Shown piece after piece: positions 21,942 through 33,757 of a stretch of 64,000 bases of DNA; position 1 is the stretch's first letter, and each line of letters starts with the position of its first letter. The position numbers were made by a program, and so were the translations under genes. Origin of the DNA: Cyanophora paradoxa CCMP329. Taxonomy: Eukaryota > Plantae > Glaucophyta. A model generated the notes under the pieces. The model did no database searches. It was not told the origin of the DNA and worked only from the letters and a program-made list of their open reading frames with translations. The stretch lies in the NCBI GenBank assembly GCA_004431415.1, contig QPMI01000167.1, forward strand, positions 124,001 to 188,000, given 5' to 3'.

Positions 21942-24704
21942 TCTTCGTATCCGAACCTAGCTAGCTCCGGCTAGCTTCGCTGCGTTGAATCGAACCTAGC
22001 TAGCTTCGGCTAGCTTCCGTCCAGTGCTAGCGGGCCAAAGCTCGCGTCGTGGAAAAGCGCGTGCTATATAACTGCGCGGCAGCCGCGCGTGCGTATACTA
22101 CGCGGCGGAAGGATAGCGGCCCGTACCCCCGCCGCCAGTCCCGCCGTACCCAGATAGTACAGCTAAGCCGCTCAGCAGCTCGAGCGGCTAGCTAGCGCTG
22201 ACTCGTATGGAATTATGTTAAAATTAGCTGCACAGCCAGCATGGCAGCGATCACGATCATGAGCTCGAGCTCGAGCGCCGCGCGCGTGCGGCCGGCGAGC
22301 TCGAGGCCCGGCCCTACTAGGCTAGCTATAGGCCTGAGGTGCCGCCGCGTCGCGCCGCGCGCGGCCGGCGCCGGCGCGCTCTGCGGCGCCGGCCAGTGCC
22401 GCAGTGCCGCAGTCACTGAGTACTATATAAGTTCGTGTATGAATGTGAAGTGCTTTTTTTTTTGAAGTTCGTGTATGAATGTGCACGTGCACACGCACAC
22501 GTATACATATGTTTACGCGTCCACAGTAAAAGAAATGGATTAAATCTCTTGCATTAGCACACAACACAACTACAATGAGTTTCACATCGCCCAATAAATC
22601 TCTCCGACTAGATACTATCGAGGACCGTCGTATGCTGTGCTTTAGAAAGTACAAAATGAACGAAAGGTTTGAAGGTTTCGTGTCTAGATATCTAGCTAAG
22701 GAGGTTTCTAACTAATACTAATGATGTGGAAGCTAGCTGTATCGATTTCTAAACCAACCTAAACTCCCGGCTACGAGGTCCTATCTCTACAAAAGACTCC
22801 CAATCATGGTATGTCCGCCGCCAGCGCTGCCCAAGGGCCTCGCCGCGCCGTGTGCCAGGCTCCTCGCCAGCCCCAGTAGATTGGGCTACTGGCCGCCTCC
22901 TGCCGTCGCCTCCGCCGCCTCCATTTGTTGGTGTTGCGTCCTCCGGCCCCGCCCCCAGACCGCAATCCCCCAGTGTCTCCCTCTAGCGCGGGCGCGCCCT
23001 CTGTGTGCCCACGCCCCAAGCATACCTGTTCGTATGGTCGTATACTTGCATGGCCGCTGAAGCCCGGACCCAGCCGTAGTCGTCTGGCGGGCAGCTCAGG
23101 TGTGAGAGGGCTAGGGTTTCCCGCCTTGGTGGCGGGACTCGAGGGCACCGCACTCCCTGCAGCGTTCCGCTGCCGGGGCTCCGGATCCGCGCGCTTCCTG
23201 CGAGCGTTGCCAGCCGTATCGTCAGGCGGCGCGTCGGCCTCGCGCCCGCGCGCCTCAGTGCGCTTCGCCTTGGCGCGACGTTCTTTCATGACCTTCGTGA
23301 TCCCGCACGCCTTCTCCCACTCCGCGTACGCCTGGCATCTGGCGGCCCACGTTTTATGGGCCTGCTCGCCTATGGCCGTCGTCAGCTTGCGCACGACCTG
23401 GGCAGCTTTCTTGGCGTCCGTGACGGTCTCGCGAATCATATCGGTGAGGCCCGCCGGGGGCAGCCCCGTAGCACGCACATCTGCGCCTGCCGTTCAGCTG
23501 CCGTGAGCGTCGGGTCGTTTACTCTCGTGACCTTCAGGGAGCTGGAGAGCGCGTGTGGCACTGACCGCTTCTGCGCGCCTTCGAGGGCCTCGCTGACCGT
23601 CGCTGCGATGCGTGCTTCCGCAGCGGTGCGCGCCTCCGTCGCCACCGCGCTGGGGCAGGTGAGGACGTGCTCCAGCGTCTCCTCGGGCCCAGTCACAAGC
23701 TGGGGCCGGCCGTCGCCATCGATTTCCCGTGTGCTGCAGAGCGCACAGAGTCCTGCCGGGTTCACTTCGCTGTAGAGCTCGGGCGCGTCTCGCTTGCGGA
23801 CGAGGGCCGTCGCCACCGTACCCAAAACGAGTTTCATGTGCGTACCCCGGAAGCAGTTGCTCTCTCGGCTCACTCCGACTCGGCGGGGCCCCATAGCCAT
23901 CTGATCGTATACTGCGCCGTGATCCACTGGCAGCCGTAGCCACTCCCCGGCCTTGAGCTGGTTCGCCCACGCGAAGTGCGTGTGGTGCGCGTGACTCGCC
24001 TCCCGCGTCCCGCCACTCGCATCCCGCGGCGCACCGCACCCCGCACAAAACTTCGCGGTAGCTGCAAGCGTGGCGCCGCACGCTGTGCAAAACTTGCCCG
24101 TCATTCTTCGTATCCGAACCTAGCTAGCTCCGGCTAGCTTCGCTGCGTTGAATCGAACCTAGCTAGCTTCGGCTAGCTTCCGTCCAGTGCTAGCGGGCCA
24201 AAGCTCGCGTCGTGGAAAAGCGCGTGCTATATAACTGCGCGGCAGCCGCGCGTGCGTATACTACGCGGCGGAAGGATAGCGGCCCGTACCCCCGCCGCCA
24301 GTCCCGCCGTACCCAGATAGTACAGCTAAGCCGCTCAGCAGCTCGAGCGGCTAGCTAGCGCTGACTCGTATGGAATTATGTTAAAATTAGCTGCACAGCC
24401 AGCATGGCAGCGATCACGATCATGAGCTCGAGCTCGAGCGCCGCGCGCGTGCGGCCGGCGAGCTCGAGGCCCGGCCCTACTAGGCTAGCTATAGGCCTGA
24501 GGTGCCGCCGCGTCGCGCCGCGCGCGGCCGGCGCCGGCGCGCTCTGCGGCGCCGGCCAGTGCCGCAGTGCCGCAGTCACTGAGTACTATATAAGTTCGTG
24601 TATGAATGTGAAGTGCTTTTTTTTTTGAAGTTCGTGTATGAATGTGCACGTGCACACGCACACGTATACATATGTTTACGCGTCCACAGTAAAAGAAATG
24701 GATT
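21846..24704. repeat. 696-bp direct repeats (21846-22541 and 24009-24704) flanking a LINE fragment
   Basis: Constant offset of 2163 at both ends; no mismatch seen in the stretches compared by eye, including the T10 run. Confidence 0.92.
22542..24008 (-). mobile_element. 5'-truncated non-LTR retrotransposon (L1/Tx1-like ORF2 C-terminus plus 3' UTR)
   Basis: CALC..EETLEHVLTCP zinc knuckle followed by a KTWAARC helix, typical of LINE ORF2 C-termini; no introns; 3' UTR shares sequence with 58640-58711. Confidence 0.75.
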
Positions 24705-24869
24705 GCAAATAATACTGAAAAGCAATACAAGGCGAGTGCACGTGTAAACTCGATTTACAGTACAGGATGCCGCGGATGGTCTGTGCAGGGCTTCTCGGCG
24801 TAGAACATGGATGTGCTGCTAGTTAACAGCTAGCGAAGATCATGTGCCAGGATCAAATGCAGGGCGAGA

Positions 24870-26463
24870 CTAGAGGCCCTGGAAACCGCCGGGGAGGGCG
24901 AGGAGGTCCATGCCAAGGGGCGGCAGCTGGTTCGAGCCCGGCATGGCGCCGACCCTGCGGGGCGTGGGCGGGGGCGGGCTGGGCGGGGGCGGGGCGGGGC
25001 ACCAGTGCTGGGCGAGGACGAGGTTGCCGCGGACGTGGGCGAGCATGGGGGCGGCCGCCGCGAAGTCCCCCGCCTCCAGCTGCTCCCGCACCATCGCGAA
25101 GACCCCCATGTTCTGCGCCCCGTCAGGCCCCCGCGGCGCCCGCCCCGGCACCGCCCGGCCACGGGGCGCGCCTCGTCGAGGAGCTCGCTGGCGCGGGCGT
25201 CGTCGCCCTCGAGGCTCGCCTGCAGCTCCGCCGCCGTCGCCGGGCCCGGAAAGCCCCACGCCCCCGCCCCGAAACCGAACGGCAGCCCCGCCGCCATGGG
25301 CCCCCCGGGGGGCACTCCGGGGAGGGCCACTGCATGGGGGCCGGAGAGGAGGTCGGGAAGGGCGCCGGGAGCGGGCGCGGGGCCGCGGCGGGCCGGGGGC
25401 GTGGGGGCCTTGCGGGGGATGCCCCCGACGGGCCCGAGGAGGCCGTCGCGCCCGACGCCCGACGGCCCCGCCTCCATCTGGAAGCCGGCCATCGGTACCA
25501 GGCCCGGCCCGGGGCCTGCCCCGCTCTCCCCCACCGAGAAGCTCTTCCGCCGCTTGGGCCCCGGCATCGGCGGGGCGGGCGCCTCCGGGGCGGGCGCCGC
25601 GGGGACGGCGTGGACGGCGTGCCAGCTGGCCGTGCGGGGGGCGCTCGAAGGGCCGGCCCCCGCGGCGAGCAGGCTCAGCGGCACCGCGGGGAGGCCGGAC
25701 GCCGTGTCCGCCGAGGCGCGCCGCCCGAGGCGCACGGGGATGGGGGGCGGGAGGACCGTTCGCGCCTCCCCGGGGGCCTCCATGCAGAGGGTCCCCTGCA
25801 GGGCGGGCCCCGGCGTGGAGACCCGCATGCGCTCCTGCCGGCCGGACAGGCCGGGTCGGGACTCGGGGGCGGGGCGGGGCGGGGCGGGGCGGGCGGACGG
25901 CCATCCACTTGACGCGGAGGGCGACATCGCGGGCGCTCTTTTGCGGAAGCATCCGTGCGAGCTTCAGGTACCTGCGCCCCATCATCCAAGCCCGTCCCGC
26001 CCCGCCGCGGCGCGGGCCCCGCACCTCCCGGCGTTCGACAGCCGCTCGGAGCCGTACCTGCGGGGCGGTGAGGGGGAAGGGGTCGGGGGCGGGGCGGGAC
26101 TTGGGTTGGGGCGGGGGCGGACTTGCGGAGGCCCTCCTCAAGGGCGGACTGCTCGTCGACGGACCACTCGGAGGCGGGCGGGGGCGTTCCGTCGTCAGCG
26201 GCGAGCGGCAGGCCGCCCTCGAATGCGATGTCTTCCAGGCCCAGGGGCCGGCCCTCGCCCAGGACTCCGAAGCCCGGCGCCGGCCCCCCGAGCCCTGCCA
26301 CCTTGGGCGAGTGCGAGGGCGAGATCCGCTGGCTCTCCTTCTTGACGGCCGCCAGGCCCCCGCCCCGCACCGGAACTGGGCCCGCGAAAAAGGCCCCGCC
26401 CGGCGCCTGCGCCCCCGGGGATAGGGCCGGGGCCTCTAGCGTTGGTCCTGACATCGCCGCCAT
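24870..26463 (-). CDS. Myb/SANT-like plus DUF3755 domain protein
   Basis: WSVDEQSALEEGLRKY..RYLKLARMLPQKSARDVALRVKWM; C-terminal ELLDENMGVFAMVRE..HVRGNL..MPGSNQLPPL. Confidence 0.8.
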
Positions 26464-27462
26464 CTGCCGCGCCACTGAGCCGCGGAGTCCGGCCTAAGGC
26501 CAGCGCATAGCGGGCACCTTCTGGCGCCTTTTTGTGAAGAAGACCTTCGCATACCCGCCCTTCACTTACGAAAAAGACCTCTTTGTGAAGAAGGCCTTCG
26601 CTTACCTTCGCGTGAACCTGGACCAGCGGGGTTAGGGCGTACTTTCGTTCAAAGAAAAAGAAAAAGCTCACTTTAACTTCAGTCACAGAGCGCGTGCCGA
26701 CCTGCTCAACGTTGTGGGTCACTGTAGCTGGCAGATCTGAACGACGCGGCGCATGGGGACCTGCTCGGAGACGCTCGGCCACTCTGCCTGAAGAAGGTGA
26801 ATGGGGCAGTTTGCGAGCTTTCGCAGGGCCTGAGTTGGGTCAGAACTGCTTCTTTTGCGAGCTTTCGCACGGCTGGTTTGCGCACATCGATGAACCGCCC
26901 GTGCTCGTCGGCGCCCCATGGCCGGAAGGCAGGAAGCGAGGACGCGTAAGTGCTCACAGCCTGTGCGTCTGCAGCTTCCCCGTAGTATAAGCGAGCGAGT
27001 TCCACAGGTATGGTCTGGAACTCGATCGCTTCCAGCGCGTTTAACTCGTCCTGAGCCGCGCCCGATCAAGGCCGGCGAAGCATGCGAGAGTCAGGGGCGC
27101 AAATACATACCAGCTCATGTTGCTGCTCCGCTGCTGAGCTCGAGGCCATATTCTCTCAGAGCCTCGCTAGCGCCGCATCGGCTGCTGTGTGATGATTTGC
27201 TTCGGACTTGGAACACGCGTTCGCACGACAGCAGCTTCGCACGCGTTAGCCAGCCCGTCCGAATTCGCTGGCACGGAGTCCCGGACGGACCCGCCGGGCC
27301 GGTCAACGAGGTGAATCGCAGCTCAAGTGCAGTGGAGGCTGCGACGTGTGCGACTGTGCGTGAGTTTGGGGGTACAGAAATTGAGGCCACTGTACCCCTC
27401 CCGAAGCAGCTTAAAGCCAGCTTTCCATCCTCCTGGGCGAATTTCGCTGCAGCGGCCGACTG

Positions 27463-30400
27463 ATGGACGACCCGCCCTATTCGCGGTTGTTCGTCGTGTG
27501 TCCGAAGGTCTGTGTGATTTGGTTCCGTGTCGAATCCGGAGCGACCCGCGCTTTCGGCAGGTTGTGACCGAGGTCGAGCTCTCTGAGGCCTTCTCAAGAT
27601 TCGGGACGATCGAGTACGTTGGCGTCGCGCCCTCGAACGCAGCCGTACAGCTGAGCGCCGCTGGCAGAAACGTCCGTTTGCTCAAGACGCCCGATGGCGA
27701 GTCGCGCGGCGTGTGCTACGTGAAGTACGCGAGAACGTCAGACGCGAACCGTGCCCTCGAGGGCATGCATCAGACGCGCTTGCGGGAGGACCAGCAGGCC
27801 CTGAAGGTGCACGCGCTCGCCCTGCAGCACTACGGCATCGACGGTAGCACCCAGCTCTGGCCGCCTGCAGGTGCAAATCGCAGAGCCGAAAGGGCCGGTG
27901 CATGCCGTCGATAGGCGCGTCTTCGCGCACGCGGACTTCACGGACCCCGAGGAGCTCCCGCCCCTCTCCCGTCTCTTTGTCATCTTCGCGAAGGTGCGCG
28001 CGGGCGGGAGGCAAGGCGCGCCCCGGGGGCGCGACGTTGGAGCAGGAGTACGGCGAGGGCGAGATCGCGGAGCGGATGCGGGTCTACGAAGGCTTCGACT
28101 ACTGCCGCGTGCTGCGGAACCGGGGCCCGGCGGGGGGGCCGGGCCTGGAGCCCCGCGGGATGGCCTACGTCAAGTTCTTCAGGGCCTCGAGCGCCGCGGC
28201 TGCTCTGGAGGAAATGCAGCGCAACAAAGACCTCGGCGCGCCCCCGCGCGCCGGCCCGGCCCGGCACGTCGCCACTGATGCCCCGCAGGCGGTGGCTTCG
28301 TTATCGTGAAAGCGATGGTCGCTGAGCCGAAGAATGCGAAGCGGCGCGGCCCCGAGCGCGAGCGGGACGAGCGGGGAGCTCCGCCCTACACGCCCCGGAG
28401 CGACAGGGACCGCGACGGCTACTCGTCCCGGTGCGCGCCCCGCCGCGGCTCCCCGTGCCCCCTCACGCCTCGCCAGGAGCTTCCGCTCTGACCGCGAGCG
28501 CTCCCCGCGGCGCTCTCCTCGCCGCCCGGCCTCCCGGTCGCGCTCCCCCTCCCCGCGCCGCCGCTCCCCGTCCCCGCAGCGCCGCTTCCCATCCCCGCAC
28601 CGCCGCCGTTCTCCATCCCCGCGGCGTCGCTCTCCATCCCCGCGCCGCCGGTCCCCGTCCCCACGGCGGCGCTCCCGGCCACGCACCCGGTCCCGGTCCC
28701 GCTCGCGCGAGCGCCTGCGGGAGGCGGGCGCACGAGGGCCGCTCGCCGATCGGCGAGAGAGGGAGCGGGAGCGGGAGCGGGAGCGGGGCGGGGTGGGGGC
28801 CTGGGCTGGGGAGCGGGACAAGCGCTTCCGGCGGGAGGCGTCGAGCGACCCGCTGGAGCGTTACTCCAAGCTCCGCATCCGCGAGGAGGAGGCCGCCCCG
28901 GAGCCCCCTCTCGCCCCGCCAGCCCCGCCCGACCCGTCCGCATCGCCCCGCCCCGCTCCTTCCCCGACGCCTAGTGACGCGCTGCAGGCGGGATGCACCA
29001 GCGGCTGGTGGTTCGAGCGAGCGGCCCTGGCGGCGGCGGCGGCGCGGGAGCAGCGATGGGGGCGAGAGGTGCACGGAGCGCCTTGCGGCTCGCCTCGCGT
29101 CTCGCCGAGGCCCGCCGCAGCGAGGAGGAGGAGCCGCGGGGACGGCCGGCGGAGGCGCGCGATGCGGAGGCGAAGGCTGCGGCGGAGGAGGCGGGCCCTG
29201 GAGGCGCCCCGCGGGATCACTCCCCCGAGGGCGAGGAGCCGGAGGCCCCAGTGGCGGCGGAGCGGGGGCGGGATCGGGACGGGGGGGCGGCCGCACCGCC
29301 GACGGCCTCGCCTGGGCGGGCAGGGCGCGCAGAAGGGCCCGATGGGGGCTCGGCGTCCCCAGGGCGAGGCCGGGGCCGGTCGCGGGACGAGAAGCGTTAC
29401 CGAGAGGGGGACGAGGCGGACCCGCTCGAGCGCTACTCAAAACTGCAGATCCGCGACGATCCGCGCGAGCGGCCCGAGCCGAGCCGCCCCGCCCGCGCCC
29501 GCTCCCGCTCCCCTCCACCGCCCGCCCGCCGGCCCCGCTCGCCCGCTGCCCCACGCCGCTCCGAGCGCGAGGAGCGCGGTGCGCACAGTTCTCTCTCCAC
29601 CCTTGGCGGCGCTCTCACACGCTTTGCAGAGCGCGAGCGGGGGGGGGGCTCCGAGGGTTCGTGTCCCCTCTGCAGGTCGCCACCGCACGTCACCTTCCCC
29701 GCAGACGAAGAGCGTCACCGGGACTTCGATCAGGAGCGGGAGAAGGAGCGCGAGCGAGAGCGGGAGCGGGGACGGGAGCGGGAGCGGGAGCGGGAGCGGG
29801 AGCGCGAAAAGGAGCGGGAGCGGGAGCGTCTCGGTCGGGAGCGTGAACGCGAGCGCGAAAGGGAGCGGGAGCGCGAGCGAGAGCGCGAAGAACGGGAACG
29901 AGAACGGGAGCGCGAACGGGAGCGCGAGCGCGAGCGGGAGCGAGAGTGGGATGTCGATCGGGAGCGAAAGCGGGAGCGGGAGCGGGAGCGAGTGGGAAGG
30001 CACCGAAGCGGGAGCCGCTCGAGGTGCCTTCGCCCTGCCCGGCGACCGCCGCGCCATTGAACTCCGCGCAGGTCGCCACCGTCGCCGCAGAGGCCGGGCG
30101 GTGCGCGGGGAGTCGGGGCTGGGGCGGCGGGCGAGGCCAACGGGGGGGGACGCAGGGCGGGAGGGCGGGGCGGCGGAGACGTCGGCAGCGCGGATCGCTG
30201 CGGCAGCGGCGGCGCTGGCGCGGGACCCGAAGAAGGCTATGGAGGCGCTCGCCAACGAGCTCGCCGCCAAGCCCGAGCTCGTCCGCCCGCCCGCCCGCGC
30301 CCCGCGCCCCGCGCCTCGCTCAGCCCCCGCAGGTGGCCCTCTCCCAGCTCCTCCTCCAGCTCCCCGCCGCCGCGCCCGCACCGGCACCGTGCGCCGCCCG

Positions 30401-31779
30401 CGCCGTTGCGGCCCCCGCGGCCCTTCACGGCGCCGGCAGGGTCCCCCCGGCGGCGGCGACGGCCTCGTCTTCCTCGCAGGGGCCGCTGCGGCTGCGGCTC
30501 TTCGTGACCTGCCACAAGATGGCGCGCCGCGCGCACCGCCGGCGCCGGGGGCGGGCGGGGCGTGACGGACCGGCAGACGCGGCAGGAGGAGCTGGCGCGG
30601 GTCTTCGGGCGCTTCCCCGGCATGGAGCACTGCGACCTCAAGCGCGACCGCCGCACCGACGAGTCCAAGGGTCCCTCCCCGCCCCCCGCCGCCCCCGCCG
30701 GCGCCCGCCGAGGAGAGGGCGGGGCAGGGTACGCGTTCGTGAGCTACGGGACGGAGGGGGCGGCGCGGGAGGCGAAGGAGGCGCTGGACGGCTACGAGCT
30801 GCCCGCCGGCTTCCGCCTCAAAGTCGTCTTCGCCGAGCCGCACCCCTCCGGCCCCGATCGGCCCGCCCCGCCCCGCCGCCCCCGCCCTGGCCCCGCTCAC
30901 CTCCCCGCAGCGACCGCGCCCGCCCCCCGCTCGCCGCTCGCAGCAGCGCCCCTTCCGGAGAGGGGGGCGGGCCGGGCGGGGGCCGCGGCGGGCGTCTCGT
31001 CGATGCAGACGCTGGCGCAGCTGCTCACGGCCCTGCCCGCCCTCCTTGGGGCGGCCCCGGCCCCGCCCTCGCCCCACCCGCCTCCCACCCCCGCGCTCCC
31101 CTTCTCCTCCTCTCTCCGGTCCGCCGGCCCGCCACCGCACGGCGCCGCTGCCCTGACTCGCCGCAGGCGGCCGCCCGGCTTCACCGCAGCGGGCGCCGGC
31201 CTCGCCGCCTCGTGGCTTCGACTCGGTGCACCCCCCCCCCCCCCCCCCCCCCCCCCGCCCCTCCGCCGCAGACGTTCCCGCCGCCGCTAACGGAGGCGCA
31301 GCGGGGACCGCGGCGGGGGACGAGCCCGCAGGGGGCGCGGGGGGCGGGGCGCGGGGAGGGCGGGTCGGGGGAGTCGCGGCTGTTCGTGGTGACGGGGGCG
31401 CGGGTGGACCGGGCGATGGAGGAGGCCCTGCGGGAGGCCTTCGGGCGCTACGGGACCGTCGAGTACGTGCGGCCCCTGCGCGACAAGCCCTGCTGTTTTG
31501 TCAAGGCCCGCCCCGCCCCGGCCCCGCCCCGCCCAGCCCCGCCCCGCCGGCTGGGCTGAGGGGCGGGCAGTTCACGCGGGCGGCGGACGCGGAGGCGGCG
31601 GTGGAGGGCCTCCACGAGCGCGACGTCTCAGGCTGCCGCCTCAAGGCCCGCCCCGCAGGCCCGCCCCGCCCCGCCCCCTCACGCCCCGCCCGCAGGTCAT
31701 GGTCGCCGAGCCTCCCCCGGGCCGCTCCGACGGGCCCAAGGGCGACTCCCGCAAGCGCCAGCGCTCCGACGAGTACTAG
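27463..31779 (+). CDS. RBM45-like four-RRM RNA-binding protein with a long RS/RE-rich linker
   Basis: [53 protein letters not shown]; further RRMs at ~27960-28330, 30490-30840 and 31375-31710. Confidence 0.8.
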
Positions 31780-31938
31780 CGCTAGCGCTAGCTAGTTGAC
31801 CGCTAGCGAACATCACGTGTCACGACTCAACATCACGTGGCAGAAATATGTCCGGCCGGCGCCGCGGTATCTAGTCTATAGCTAGGGCCCCTTCCCCCCC
31901 CCCCCCCCCCCCCCCTCCTCAGGCGTACAGCGTTCACG

Positions 31939-32429
31939 ATGGCTTTCGTGGGTTCTGCGGCTTCCGCGGCCGCGACGGCGCAGCGGCGCTATGCGCAGGC
32001 TTTGCAGGGAGTGAAGCGCGAATTCTGTAGCCTGCGCACGCAGTTGCAGCCCAATTTGTGCGGCGCCCCTCTCCGGAGCCCGCGCACGCGCGCGTGCAGC
32101 GGCAAGATCTTCCAGGCCATTCGATGGAGCGCCGCGTATGACCCCGATGAGCAGCCGATCGTCCACATCCACGCGGATATTCCCGACAGCGTTGAGCGAT
32201 TCTTCACGGCGCACCATGAGGAGCGCTCGGTCTCCCCCGAGATCGCTCTTGGTTCGTATCGATGCATACGCATGCGCCGCGGCCGCAACCCCGGCGCCGC
32301 GTCAGCTCCGCGTCCGCATGTACCAGCGCTCTTGACGTCTGCGCCTCGCGTGCGCCTGCAGATCTCTCTAAGAAGCTCACGGTGCGTCGGCATTCGCATC
32401 CGAGGACGTCCGTCGGCACGAGACGCTAG
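31939..32429 (+). CDS. Hypothetical protein with a plastid transit-peptide-like N-terminus (MAFVGSAASAAA)
   Basis: ATG, Phe at position 3, S/A/R-rich leader, plausible GT-AG intron at ~32252-32361. May join exons at 32788-33374. Confidence 0.45.
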
Positions 32430-32787
32430 CGCCGAGCCTCCGAAGAGAGAGAGATGACGGACGTAGATACGTTATAATTAGGCCTGCAGCGAAGCTGCGC
32501 CGAAGCTACGCGTACGCATGCGCATGTTGGCTAATGCGCGATTCGCAGCGGCTGGCACGACAGCTTCGGGATGACCTGCTCGCGGAGGAAAAGAAAGAAA
32601 GGGATGCGGAAATCTGGGTGGGCGATGTTTCTCCTGGGATCGCGTACTCGCACAACCCATCAGGTACTCTTTAATTATAAGCCCGCCGGAAATATTGAGC
32701 TGATCAGTTTGTCAGACGATCAGCCAGACTCGTACGCGACAGGCCTAGGGCGCGCGAGCTTGATCATGAGGGGCCGAGGCGCTGATC

Positions 32788-33374
32788 ATGTCCGCGGCCG
32801 CGAGCAGGCACATTCGGGGCGTGGCGGCGGCGCTGGAGAGCCTCGCGGCGTCCCTCTACACCGCCTCGCAGGAGGGTGCGCGTGCGCTCCGCCGCTGCCT
32901 TCCGCCCGCGGAAGCGTACGCGCTCCGAGCGCCGGCCGCAGGAGGCCAGCTGCCGCCCCTGGAGGAGCTCGTGGCGCCGCCGTCGCCCGCCCCGCAACCG
33001 GCCGCGGCGGGCGCGCTGGCGGGGGTGTGGAGGTCGCTTCAGGCGATCGTGGGGCGCGGGGAGGAGGCGGTGCGGGCCGGGGCGGGGGCGGTGCACGTGG
33101 ACGTGATGGAGGACGCGCGGCTGCTGGAGGTCGTGGAGAACGTGGGCGGGGCGGACGAGGAGATCTTCGGGCCCGAGTACGACGACTACGGCGAGGACAC
33201 GACCCCCTCCCTCCATGTGCGCCCCGCCCCGCCGCTTCCGCGTTCCCGGGGCGGCGCGGGGCCGGGGGCGAGGAGGCGGGGGCGCAGGATCCAGGGCTGG
33301 GGATCACGAGCGGGGAGGTCCTCCACGGCGATTTCGCACCGGGCGGCTCCGATCGCGACGATCGCCCCGCCTGA
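32788..33374 (+). CDS. Hypothetical protein exons (acidic C-terminal part)
   Basis: Coding-like GC3, in-frame exons bounded by gtgc..cag introns, ending GGSDRDDRPA*. Confidence 0.5.
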
Positions 33375-33757
33375 GCGATACGCCCTGCCCGCCCCCTTTG
33401 AGCCCTCGCCAAGTCGAGATCTGCTTGTAAGTCCGGTCCTCCTCCCTGGCCGCCCTCCTCCCTGCCCGCCCCTGTCCTCCCTATCTGCCCTCGGGGCCTG
33501 TCCGTCAGGCCACCCCTGTCCGTCAGGCCGGGCGCGCCCTTGTAAATATGCATTGCAAGGCTGACAGCTGGTATTCGAGAGACCGCGAAAACTGCAGCAG
33601 AGCCTCGGAGCTGTCCGATAACCGCAGAGGCTCGGTTGTTGAACGGGCCGGCGCTCCGATCCTCCCTCCGGGTTGGACGTGCACATGGTTAGCGTTTGAC
33701 GGGGTTGGGCGGGGTTAGACTTCGATTTCAATCTCAGGGGCCTGACGGAGGGGGGCG

